DNA of 26,102 bases, taken from a virus (Duplodnaviria > Heunggongvirae > Uroviricota > Caudoviricetes). The notes under the pieces are model-generated. The model saw only the letters and a program-made list of their open reading frames with translations, was not told the origin of the DNA and ran no database searches. Where the stretch lies: IMG/VR virus record IMGVR_UViG_2529292998_000006, one strand, 5' to 3'. Every line of letters starts with the position of its first letter. The stretch's first letter is position 1. The translations under genes and the position numbers were made by a program. This document shows, in pieces, positions 15,992 to 26,102 of this stretch.

Positions 15992-16210
15992 AGGCTTTTC
16001 CTGTATAAATGGCCGTATACAGTACACTAAATATGAAAACATTTCTCGTATTATTATTTTATATATGACTTTCTTTCAAAATAATTACCCACATTTTTAA
16101 TGTGTATGTTTTTTTAGCGCCGTTGAGAACAACGTGTGCTGTCAAAACTACCCCGTAGACTCCGATCTTTTCAAACATATTGCACCATCCGTGTACATCG
16201 GGGTGAGGAT

Positions 16211-16426
16211 ATGAAATCAATGGATAAGTTAACAACAGGTGTTGCCTATGGCACATCGGCGGGTAATGCTGGTTTCTGGGCATTGCAGTTACTCGATAAA
16301 GTAACTCCGTCACAGTGGGCTGCAATCGGTGTGCTGGGTAGCCTGGTTTTTGGCCTGCTGACGTATCTGACAAATCTTTATTTCAAGATTAAAGAAGACA
16401 GGCGTAAGGCTGCGAGAGGAGAGTAA
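16211..16426 (+). CDS. essQ: Holin (71 aa)
   Basis: ATG at 16211 with GGGTGAGGA upstream. [30 protein letters not shown]..., hydrophobic core, charged C-terminus. Confidence 0.85.
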   Translation: MKSMDKLTTGVAYGTSAGNAGFWALQLLDKVTPSQWAAIGVLGSLVFGLLTYLTNLYFKIKEDRRKAARGE

Positions 16427-16430
16427 TCCA

Positions 16431-16738
16431 ATGACTCAAGACTATGAACTGGTTGTGAAAGGAGTCCGTAATTTTGAGAATAAAGTTACGGTAACTGTAG
16501 CCTTACAGGACAAAGAACGCTTTGACGGTGAAATTTTTGACCTGGATGTCGCCATGGACCGTGTTGAAGGAGCTGCGCTGGAGTTTTATGAGGCAGCAGC
16601 CAGAAGGAGCGTCCGGCAAGTCTTCCTGGAAGTAGCAGAAAAATTGTCAGAAAAAGTTGAGTCTTATCTGCAGCATCAGTACTCCTTTAAGATTGAAAAT
16701 CCTGCCAATAAGCACGAGCGTCCTCATCATAAATATCT

Positions 16739-16742
<4 letters not shown>
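16431..16742 (+). CDS. ydfR: YdfR-like protein (103 aa)
   Basis: 103-aa ORF between holin and lysozyme. Its stop overlaps the lysozyme ATG (ATGA). Confidence 0.7.
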
Positions 16743-17766
<1,024 letters not shown>

Positions 17767-18128
17767 GGTAATATTAAATCGGAACATTTACATCGCGGAA
17801 TGTAAAATTTAAATAAAAAGGACTCTTCCATGAGCCAAAATTCCTGAAATCTTAAGGGTAAGATAAAAGGTCTTAATCAGAATGACACGTTTTATTAATA
17901 AATAAAGCTATTCTTTCATTGCTGTGTTTTTCTTTACAAAAGTAATCCTTGCTATGGGTGGTTAATCATGCGTTAATGGTGTTCTGGTTTGTTACAAATT
18001 TATCTGAAGCAGTCATTGTTATAATTTTATTATTTGTACCTCTTGAGATTTCCTTGTTGGTTTTTCTCTCTGATATTTTTTTTCGGACCATTCTGCCCAA
18101 GGGCTAATTTCTTCAAAAGGTAATAATT

Positions 18129-18341
18129 ATGTCTAACAAAATGACTGGTTTAGTGAAATGGTTTAACCCTGAAAAAGGTTTTGGTTTCATCACGCCGAAA
18201 GATGGCAGCAAAGATGTGTTTGTCCATTTCTCAGCAATTCAGAGCAACGATTTCAAAACATTAACTGAGAATCAGGAAGTTGAATTTGGTATTGAGAACG
18301 GACCTAAAGGTCCTGCCGCTGTTCATGTAGTGGCGCTTTGA
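18129..18341 (+). CDS. cspI: Cold-shock protein CspI (70 aa)
   Basis: [70 protein letters not shown], with a long AT-rich 5' leader. Confidence 0.9.
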   Translation: MSNKMTGLVKWFNPEKGFGFITPKDGSKDVFVHFSAIQSNDFKTLTENQEVEFGIENGPKGPAAVHVVAL

Positions 18342-18544
18342 GGTAGACAATATTACAAACCATATTCACTTTAGATGCCCGTGTTGTCATGGTTCCCAGT
18401 ATAGAACATCATCTTTTGATGTTTCTGACATGAATCCTTTCGGGGCAAAATGTATCTTTTGTAAATCAATGATGATTACATTTGATAATATTTCACAATA
18501 CTTAAATGCCAGCCGTCTGTCGTTGGATTTAAAAAAGTGAAAAT

Positions 18545-18570
18545 GAAGGCTCCTTCGGGAGCTTTTTTGC
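18545..18570 (+). terminator. Intrinsic terminator after cspI
   Basis: Hairpin GAAGGCTCC-TTCG-GGAGCTT followed by TTTTTGC. Confidence 0.65.
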
Positions 18571-18612
18571 TTGGTGTCTATTCGATGGATACTCACATAC
18601 TACGGTAACATC

Positions 18613-18843
18613 ATGAAAAAAATCATAGTTTTTTTTAACTCTGAACCAGCAGTGGTAGTGCCAGCGATGACTGGAGTTAACACCATCATGCGTGAATATC
18701 CAAATGGCGAAAAAACACACCTTACTGTAATGGCCGCAGGGTTTCCATCTCTGACCGGAGATCATAAAGTCATTTATGTAGCCGCGGATCGACATGTTAC
18801 TTCAGAAGAAATTCTGGAAGCAGCAATAAGGCTCTTGAGTTGA
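18613..18843 (+). CDS. Hypothetical small protein (76 aa), possibly YnfN-like
   Basis: ATG at 18613; the track ORF starts at TTG 18571. Weak SD. Position matches ynfN in K-12 Qin but I cannot confirm the sequence. Confidence 0.35.
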   Translation: MKKIIVFFNSEPAVVVPAMTGVNTIMREYPNGEKTHLTVMAAGFPSLTGDHKVIYVAADRHVTSEEILEAAIRLLS

Positions 18844-19014
18844 TTTGATGCTATTGCATTGATAATTCAGGAAAATTCTCTTTGTCTGTTTGTGTAAAAT
18901 TTAGACTATCGTATGTTGATTATTGCGATGTTTCATCTTATCTTTTACACGTTTGCACCATATAATCGACTTACTGTGTAACTGGAAAGTCATAACAGAC
19001 TAAAAGAGGAAATG

Positions 19015-19188
19015 ATGAATATTGAAAACTTAAAAACAAAAGCAGAAGCAGATATTTCTGAATATATAACAAAAAAAATTATTGAACTTAAGAAAAAGAC
19101 CGGGAAAGAAGTTACCAGTATTCAGTTTACCGCACGGGAAAAAATGACGGGTCTTGAAAGCTATGATGTCAAGATTAATTTAATCTGA
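19015..19188 (+). CDS. gnsB: GnsB-like protein (57 aa)
   Basis: Hand translation gives MNIENLKTKAEADISEYITKKIIELKKKTGKEVTSIQFTAREKMTGLESYDVKINLI, preceded by AGAGGA. Under 60 aa, so absent from the ORF track. Confidence 0.7.
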   Translation: MNIENLKTKAEADISEYITKKIIELKKKTGKEVTSIQFTAREKMTGLESYDVKINLI

Positions 19189-19339
19189 TGTATTCAATAA
19201 TAAAATTTATCCATAAACCTCGTTTTTACGGGGTTTTGTTATATTTGAATGGTTCCGAATATCTAAATCACAATTGTTGATGGTTTTTATTAAACCAATG
19301 CAGTCCGGCTCAGGAGTGAGAGAAGCCGGACGTTATGGT

Positions 19340-19750
19340 TTAGCGTGGTAAGATCTGTGTAGTTTTCTGGATGCTTTCAGTAAATAGTAATGAATTATCA
19401 AAGGTATAGTAATATCTTTTTTGTTCGTGGATATTTGTAACCCACCGAAAAACTCCTGCTTTAGCAAGGTTTCTTCTGTATTCCTGAAATGTGATCTCTC
19501 TGGATTTCAGCTTATTAGAGGTCGTTTCTATAAGATGCCTATCCTTTGAAAATTTGACAGACACAATGTTTTTTAGGCCCTTTAATAACACTGTATTATC
19601 ATTTTTTAATACAATATGAACATTCTCTGTGGCTAAATAGTAAATGTAATGTGAGACATTGTGACGTTTTAGCTCAGAATAAAACCATTGATAGTTTAAA
19701 TCGTTTCGAACTTTATCAAATATTTGTTTAAAAATGACTACCTGATCCAT
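19340..19750 (-). CDS. ydfO: YdfO-like protein (136 aa)
   Basis: ATG at 19750 with GGAAGG 7 nt upstream; the track start at 19765 lacks an SD. Size and position match ydfO. Confidence 0.6.
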
Positions 19751-19807
19751 AGATAAACCTTCCATGTGATATGAGGGGGCGTAGTCTGCACGATTATCTA
19801 AATTGCT

Positions 19808-20041
19808 TCAATCTGGTCTGACCTGTTTTCTGAGCAATTCAGTAATGTCACTCTTTTCTTTGTTTGCTTCAGAAGAAACTCTTTTTTCTGAGCACAGTCT
19901 CCGGCGGCAGGCTTCAATGACCCAGGCTGAGAAATTCCCGGACCCTTTTTGCTCAAGAGCGATGTTAATTTGTTCAATCATTTGGTTAGGAAAGCGGATG
20001 TTGCGGGTTGTTGTTCTGCGGGTTCTGTTCTTCGTTGACAT
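19808..20041 (-). CDS. Hypothetical small basic protein, possibly ribbon-helix-helix (77 aa)
   Basis: RNIRF (beta-strand-like), PNQMIEQINIALEQ and NFSAWVIEACRRRL (helix-like). Lies just left of cos. Confidence 0.4.
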   Translation of the reverse strand: MSTKNRTRRTTTRNIRFPNQMIEQINIALEQKGSGNFSAWVIEACRRRLCSEKRVSSEANKEKSDITELLRKQVRPD

Positions 20042-20199
20042 GAGGTTGCCCCGTATTCAGTGTCGCTGATTTGTATTGTCTGAAGTTGTTTTTACGTTAA
20101 GTTGATGCAGATCAATTAATACGATACCTGCGTCATAATTGATTATTTGACGTGGTTTGATGGCCTCCACGCACGTTGTGATATGTAGATGATAATCAT

Positions 20200-20430
20200 T
20201 ATCACTTTACGGGTCCTTTCCGGTGATCCGACAGGTTACGGGGCGGCGACCTCGCGGGTTTTCGCTATTTATGAAAATTTTCCGGTTTAAGGTGTTTCCG
20301 TTCTTCTTCGTCGTAACTTAATGTTTTTATTTAAAATACCCCCTGAAAAGAAAGGAAACGACAGGTGCTGAAAGCGGGCTTTTTGGCCTTTGTCGTTTCC
20401 TTTCTCTGTTTTTGTCCGTGGAATGAACAA
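20200..20430 (+). other. Lambda-type cohesive-end site: cosQ, cosN (GGGCGGCGACCT at 20241-20252), cosB
   Basis: CGGGTCCTTTCCGGTGATCCGACAGGTTACG + GGGCGGCGACCT + CGCGGGTTTTCGCTATTTATGAAAATTTTCCGGTTTAAGG... matches the recalled lambda right-end/left-end junction almost base for base, followed by the Nu1 start. Confidence 0.85.
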
Positions 20431-20687
20431 TGGAAGTCAACAAAAAGCAGCTGGCTGACATTTTCGGTGCGAGTATCCGTACCATTCAGAACTGGCAGGA
20501 ACAGGGAATGCCCGTTCTGCGAGGCGGTGGCAAGGGTAATGAGGTGCTTTATGATTCTGCCGCCGTCATAAAATGGTATGCCGAAAGGGATGCTGAAATT
20601 GAGAACGAAAAGCTGCGCCAGGAAGTTGAAGAACTGCGGCAGGCCAGCGAGACAGATCTCCAGCCACCCGCGCTACGGCATGGGTAA
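20430..20687 (+). pseudogene. nohA: Truncated terminase small subunit Nu1 (nohA-like; lambda-like for about 78 aa, then out of homology)
   Basis: MEVNKKQLADIFGASIRTIQNWQEQGMPVLRGGGKGNEVLYDSAAVIKWYAERDAEIENEKLRQEVEELRQASE matches recalled lambda Nu1. Diverges after DLQP at about 20665, with a stop at 20687. Confidence 0.8.
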
Positions 20688-21945
20688 ACGTCTTGGTGCG
20701 GCAGATGTGGATAAATGGGCGCTGTATGTCATCGGCCAGTGTTGCGACCAGTCGGTGCCGGACGGTTTTGGCGGCACGGAGCCGCGCATCACCTGTAATG
20801 CCTGGCTGACCACGCAGCGTAAGGCGTGGGATGTGCTCAGTGATTTCTGCTCGGCGATGCGCTGTATGCCGGTATGGAACGGGCAGACGCTGACGTTCGT
20901 GCAGGACCGACCATCAGATAAGGTGTGGACCTATAACCGCAGTAATGTGGTGATGCCGGATGATGGCGCGCCGTTCCGCTACAGCTTCAGCGCCCTGAAG
21001 GACCGCCATAATGCCGTTGAGGTGAACTGGATTGACCCGGATAACGGCTGGGAGACGGCGACAGAGCTTGTGGAGGACACGCAGGCCATTGCCCGTTACG
21101 GTCGTAACGTCACGAAGATGGATGCCTTTGGCTGTACCAGGCGGGGGCAGGCGCACCGAGCCGGGCTGTGGCTGATTAAAACGGAACTGCTGGAAACGCA
21201 GACCGTGGACTTCAGCGTGGGTGCCGAAGGGCTTCGCCATGTACCAGGTGATGTCATTGAAATCTGTGATGATGACTATGCGGGGATCAGCATCGGCGGG
21301 CGCGTGCTGGCGGTGAACAGCCAGACGCGGACACTGACGCTCGACCGTGAAATCACGCTGCCATCCTCCGGCACCACGCTGATAAGCCTGGTTGACGGAC
21401 AGGGGAATCCGGTCAGCGTGGAGGTCCAGTCCGTCACCGACGGCGTGAAGGTGAAAGTGAGCCGGGTTCCTGACGGCGTTGCAGAATACAGCGTGTGGGG
21501 GCTGAAGCTGCCGACGCTGCGCCAGCGCCTGTTCCGCTGCGTGAGTATCCGTGAGAACGATGACGGTACGTATGCCATCACTGCCGTGCAGCATGTGCCG
21601 GAGAAAGAAGCCATCGTGGATAACGGGGCGCACTTTGACGGTGACCAGAGCGGCACGGTGAATGGTGTCACGCCGCCAGCAGTTCAGCACCTGACCGCAG
21701 AAGTCACCGCAGACAGCGGGGAATACCAGGTGCTGGCGCGCTGGGACACGCCGAAGGTGGTGAAGGGGGTGAGCTTTATGCTTCGCCTGACCGTGGCAGC
21801 GGACGACGGCAGTGAGCGGTTGGTCAGCACGGCCCGGACGACGGAAACCACATATCGCTTCACGCAGCTGGCGCTGGGAAATTACAGGCTGACAGTCCGG
21901 GCGGTAAATGCATGGGGACAGCAGGTGCACATACCCATTCGATGA
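20668..21945 (+). pseudogene. Internal fragment of tail tip/host-specificity protein J, fused to the Nu1 remnant
   Basis: GMGKRLGAADVDKWALYVIGQ...[12 protein letters not shown] is colinear with the middle of lambda J as I recall it. No start of its own. The frame ends 6 codons past the homology. Confidence 0.8.
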
Positions 21946-22220
21946 CATTTGTTTCAGGTGGTTCCAGTGGTGCTCCGGGAAGTGGATCACCTGATTATTC
22001 TAAATACAGTGTTAACACTTCTTCTGCAGGCGCTCATACGCACTCTGTATCGGGTACTGCTGCAAGCGCAGGTGCACACGCACATACTGTCGGTATTGGT
22101 GCTCATACGCACTCCGTTGCGATTGGTTCACATGGACATACCATCACCGTTAACGCTGCTGGTAACGCGGAAAACACCGTCAAAAACATCGCATTTAACT
22201 ATATTGTGAGGCTTGCGTAA
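21912..22220 (+). pseudogene. stfQ: C-terminal remnant of side tail fibre protein (Stf)
   Basis: Repeated GAHTHS motifs and the ending [11 protein letters not shown] typical of the lambda Stf C-terminus. Different frame from the J fragment. Confidence 0.7.
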
Positions 22221-22795
22221 TGGCATTCAGAATGAGTGAACAACCACGGACCATAAAAATTTATAATCTGCTGGCCGGAACTAATGAATTTATTGGTGAA
22301 GGTGACGCATATATTCCGCCTCATACAGGTCTGCCAGCAAACAGTACCGATATTGCACCGCCAGATATTCCGGCAGGCTTCGTGGCTGTTTTCAACAGTG
22401 ATGAGGCATCGTGGCATCTCGTTGAAGATCATCGGGGTAAAACGGTTTATGACGTGGCTTCCGGCGACGCGTTATTTATTTCTGAACTCGGTCCGTTACC
22501 GGAAAATGTTACCTGGTTATCGCCGGGAGGGGAATATCAGAAGTGGAACGGCACAGCCTGGGTGAAGGATACGGAAGCAGAAAAACTGTTCCGGATCCGG
22601 GAGGCGGAAGAAACAAAAAACAGCCTGATGCAGATAGCCAGTGAGCATATAGCGCCGCTTCAGGATGCTGTGGATCTGGAGATCGCAACGGAGGAAGAAA
22701 CCTTGTTGCTGGAAGCCTGGAAAAAGTATCGGGTGTTGCTGAACCGTGTTGATACATCAACTGCACCGGATATTGAATGGCCAGCACTGCCGTAG
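22220..22795 (+). CDS. tfaQ: Tail fibre assembly protein (191 aa)
   Basis: ATG overlaps the stf stop (TAATG). 191-aa Tfa-like protein located next to a Pin invertase. Confidence 0.85.
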   Translation: MAFRMSEQPRTIKIYNLLAGTNEFIGEGDAYIPPHTGLPANSTDIAPPDIPAGFVAVFNSDEASWHLVEDHRGKTVYDVASGDALFISELGPLPENVTWLSPGGEYQKWNGTAWVKDTEAEKLFRIREAEETKNSLMQIASEHIAPLQDAVDLEIATEEETLLLEAWKKYRVLLNRVDTSTAPDIEWPALP

Positions 22796-22892
22796 GGTAA
22801 AACATATAAATTCTATAATTAGATGTATCTCTCCATTTACGGCAAGGAAGGGGGCTTGGAAGACGTAAAGCATCTCACACCGAGATTATTTT

Positions 22893-23483
22893 TTATATGT
22901 CAGGTGTCTGAAGTTTTGCTTTGGCTCTTAAAATGGTTTGCCGCGAGGTTTTGAATTCCCGGGCAATGGCACTTATACTTACACCTGACTTAATTCGTTC
23001 GAATACCACCTGTTTCTGTTCTTCATTTAACACAGGTGGTCGACCAAAACGTTTCCCTGCGCCGCGGGCTCTTACTATCCCGGAATGAGTGCGTTCAAGT
23101 AAAAGGTCTCGTTCAAATTCAGCGACTGCTGAAATTACGTGCATCATCATTTTTCCTGTTGGACTGGTCAGGTCAATGCCCCGCAATGCTAAGCAATGCA
23201 CTCTGATACCTGTTTCGGTCAGTTGTTCCACTGTTTTCCTGATATCCATTGCATTACAACCAAGGCGATCCAGTTTTGTCACAATCAATTGATCACCACA
23301 TTTCAGGCGAGCAAGCAACCGGTTAAAACCAGGACGCTCACTGGTTGCTGCTGAGCCGCTAATGTGTTCTTCGATTATTTGCTGAGGTTTGATTTTAAAA
23401 CCTGCACTTTCGATTTCCCGGCGTTGATTTTCGGTGGTCTGATCCAGCGTTGATATCCGACAGTAAGCAAAAATTCGAGACAT
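22893..23483 (-). CDS. pinQ: Serine recombinase, DNA invertase Pin/Gin/Hin family (196 aa)
   Basis: N-terminal catalytic region [16 protein letters not shown] with the active-site Ser, resolvase core, C-terminal HTH ([17 protein letters not shown]). Confidence 0.9.
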   Translation of the reverse strand: MSRIFAYCRISTLDQTTENQRREIESAGFKIKPQQIIEEHISGSAATSERPGFNRLLARLKCGDQLIVTKLDRLGCNAMDIRKTVEQLTETGIRVHCLALRGIDLTSPTGKMMMHVISAVAEFERDLLLERTHSGIVRARGAGKRFGRPPVLNEEQKQVVFERIKSGVSISAIAREFKTSRQTILRAKAKLQTPDI

Positions 23484-23706
23484 AGTGAGACTCTATACGA
23501 AATTGGTGTTCATATCATAATGCATCTCAGAAAATAATTTTGATTATTTTTGTGCATATTTGTATGTACACGTTCGAAAATAAACGAATGCGTATGCAAC
23601 CCCGTAACTTTGGTGAGACCCAAAATCGATTTTGTGAAAAATGGCTTTAACTCGGTTTGTTTTTCGAGTTCCGGGCGGACTCAAGGAAGAAGAATAGTGT
23701 TGCGTG

Positions 23707-24033
23707 TTATTTTAACCAGATTTCAAGTTGTTTGGTCGTGGAAAAGTGGAGCAAAATGTTGTTAAAGTGGAAAAATGATAAAAAAGTAAGTTTATTATAT
23801 TGCATTTTACCATTTAAATTTTGGTTGTCTTTAAGAACTGATATCGCTGTTTGTAATAATTCTTTGTTATCCAGCCATGATTTTTTCTTTATGTTTCCTT
23901 CAATGTAATCAAGCAATGTTCTGGTATTGATAGGTCTTCCCTGTTTTGCTACTTCCACTACAGCATCCCCTAGGATAATTCTGACTTCAGGAAGCTGCGC
24001 AGGGAACCACTTTAGGGTGTCTTTTGATTTCAT
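23707..24033 (-). CDS. ydfK: YdfK/YnaE-like protein (108 aa from the ATG at 24033)
   Basis: ATG with AAGGA 8 nt upstream. Lies between pin and the host junction, as ydfK does in K-12. The length differs from what I recall for ydfK, so identity is uncertain. Confidence 0.45.
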   Translation of the reverse strand: MKSKDTLKWFPAQLPEVRIILGDAVVEVAKQGRPINTRTLLDYIEGNIKKKSWLDNKELLQTAISVLKDNQNLNGKMQYNKLTFLSFFHFNNILLHFSTTKQLEIWLK

Positions 24034-24818
24034 GAATATATTCCTTAAAATATTATTGATTTTCATTGCGATATTGTATGTCTGATTCAGGATATGTTGA
24101 CTTATACATCGGTTTTGTCTGGGTTATTGGATATGCCAATCCCTAATTTTATTAGAGCATGACTAAAAATGCTGAATATGATAAGGAGCGAAGTGATTAT
24201 CAGTATGCTGTTCATATAGCCTCGAATTAATAATGTGTTATATATGATATAGTTGACAATTTTTATCCTGGGTGTTCTTAAAGTTCGTAGATAAACATTG
24301 TCGTTTCAGGTATACAGGAATGCTAACAGATGGCGGCAAAAATCAGGCGGTTTATGGCGCAAGCTGAAGTGGCAACTGCAAACTATCTTATGCAGAGACT
24401 CTACACGGATTGGGTTTAAAAGTATACATAGATAACAGTTTTTATCTGAAGAAGAAAAATATCAAGGTGATATAGCCTATATGCCTTTGATGTGGAGGAA
24501 TGAATGTGATGGGAGTGATGTATCTGAATAGTTGAAAAACCGCAGACACGCCTTATGCAAGAACGTGCTGCGGTTGGCTGGTAAATTTTTCGATAGTGCG
24601 AGTATTGAATGATTTCCAGCCGTTATTGATTTTACGCGTAACTCCATGAAAAAACTACTTATCTGTTGAGGAGTTTTTTTGGGGCATATATGGGACAGAA
24701 ATGGGCCCCAGATAGACACTGAGATCGAACTTAGGATGCTTTTTAAAAAATGCAACTATCTGAAAAAACCTAGAAAACGCCAAGGAAACCACAGGATGGG
24801 AAAAAACACCTGTGAATT

Positions 24819-26102
24819 ATGGATTTCCAGTTATATTCGCTCGGCGCAGCGTTAGTGTTTCATGAAATATTTTTTCCTGAATCATCAACGGCAATGGCGT
24901 TAATTCTGGCAATGGGAACCTACGGTGCAGGTTATGTGGCGCGTATTGTCGGAGCATTTATTTTCGGCAAAATGGGCGACAGAATAGGGCGTAAAAAAGT
25001 GCTCTTTATTACCATCACCATGATGGGGATCTGTACCACCTTAATTGGTGTGTTACCGACCTATGCACAGATTGGTGTTTTTGCACCCATCTTGCTGGTG
25101 ACGTTGCGTATTATTCAGGGGTTGGGTGCAGGTGCGGAAATTTCCGGTGCCGGTACGATGCTGGCGGAATATGCGCCAAAAGGTAAGCGCGGAATTATCT
25201 CCTCATTTGTGGCTATGGGAACTAACTGCGGAACCTTGAGCGCAACGGCAATCTGGGCCTTTATGTTCTTCATTCTCAGTAAAGAGGAACTGCTGGCGTG
25301 GGGATGGCGTATACCGTTCCTGGCGAGTGTTGTCGTGATGGTCTTTGCTATCTGGTTGCGTATGAATCTGAAAGAAAGCCCGGTCTTTGAGAAGGTTAAC
25401 GACAGTAACCAACCGACAGCAAAACCTGCACCTGCTGGTAGCATGTTCCAGAGCAAATCCTTCTGGCTGGCAACAGGGCTGCGTTTTGGTCAGGCGGGTA
25501 ACTCCGGGTTAATTCAGACTTTCCTTGCAGGCTATTTAGTGCAGACGTTATTGTTTAACAAAGCAATTCCAACAGATGCATTGATGATCAGTTCGATTCT
25601 CGGCTTTATGACCATTCCGTTCCTTGGTTGGTTATCCGATAAAATTGGTCGCCGGATCCCGTATATTATTATGAATACCTCCGCGATTGTGCTGGCATGG
25701 CCAATGCTTTCTATCATTGTAGATAAAAGCTATGCCCCGAGCACCATTATGGTTGCACTGATTGTGATTCATAACTGTGCGGTGCTGGGATTATTTGCTC
25801 TGGAAAACATTACCATGGCAGAAATGTTTGGCTGTAAAAACCGCTTTACCCGGATGGCTATTTCTAAAGAAATTGGTGGTCTTATCGCTTCCGGTTTTGG
25901 TCCTATCCTGGCGGGTATTTTCTGCACCATGACGGAATCCTGGTATCCGATCGCCATTATGATCATGGCATATTCAGTGATTGGTTTAATCTCTGCGCTG
26001 AAAATGCCAGAGGTGAAAGACCGTGATTTAAGTGCGCTGGAAGACGCTGCGGAAGATCAACCGCGTGTTGTAAGAGCTGCGCAACCTTCCAGAAGTCTGT
26101 AA
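24819..26102 (+). pseudogene. ydfJ: 5'-truncated MFS (MHS-family-like) transporter, ydfJ-like; host gene interrupted by the prophage
   Basis: 12 TM-like hydrophobic segments. It starts inside the conserved TM1 motif (DFQLYSLG...FFPES, lacking the preceding W/Y residues), and an in-frame TGA lies 2 codons upstream of the ATG. Confidence 0.65.

Noticed and set aside
18373-18540. Frame with CPCC...C..C zinc-ribbon-like pattern downstream of cspI
   Set aside because: No ATG, GTG or TTG start in frame before the motif. The only in-frame ATG (18430) gives a 36-aa peptide lacking the first Cys pair. Possibly a decayed gene.
20914-21990. 358-aa and 131-aa minus-strand ORFs
   Set aside because: Antisense to the lambda-J-homologous fragment. 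Arg/His/Pro-rich translation typical of a reverse frame, while the sense strand has clear J homology.
24477-24755. 92-aa minus-strand ORF between the ydfK-like gene and the host junction
   Set aside because: No SD, Ser/Leu-rich low-complexity translation, lies in the putative ydfK leader/att region.

Overview
The whole window reads as one defective lambdoid prophage of the Qin type (Escherichia/Shigella-like host), running from an intact integrase at the left edge to a prophage/host junction inside a 5'-truncated MFS transporter gene (ydfJ-like) at the right edge. Gene names are recognised from memory of E. coli K-12 Qin and lambda, not from any search. Order, left to right: int, xis and an 823-aa exonuclease with a DEDDh 3'-5' exonuclease C-terminal domain; the leftward dicB operon (ydfA-ydfB-ydfC, an extra 133-aa gene, dicF sRNA, dicB, ydfD); a DicA-like repressor facing a Cro-like/CII-like pair; a replication module with two clusters of 10-bp-phased GTCACG repeats inside the initiator gene; two winged-helix-like proteins; a QueH-like (DUF208) gene; hokD, rem, ydfU and the Q antiterminator with a PR'-like promoter and terminator; cspF/cspB; an intact lysis cassette (holin, ydfR, SAR-type lysozyme, Rz with embedded Rz1); cspI, gnsB and ydfO; a lambda-type cos site followed by deletion scars (truncated Nu1, a J fragment, a side-tail-fibre C-terminus); tfa, Pin invertase and a ydfK-like gene. 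No capsid, portal or terminase large-subunit genes are present. The best candidates for something undescribed are an opposite-strand gene with a structured GC-rich leader inserted into the dicB operon, the repeat-bearing replication initiator, the prophage-borne QueH-like enzyme and the two winged-helix proteins next to it. None of these can be confirmed without homology searches.
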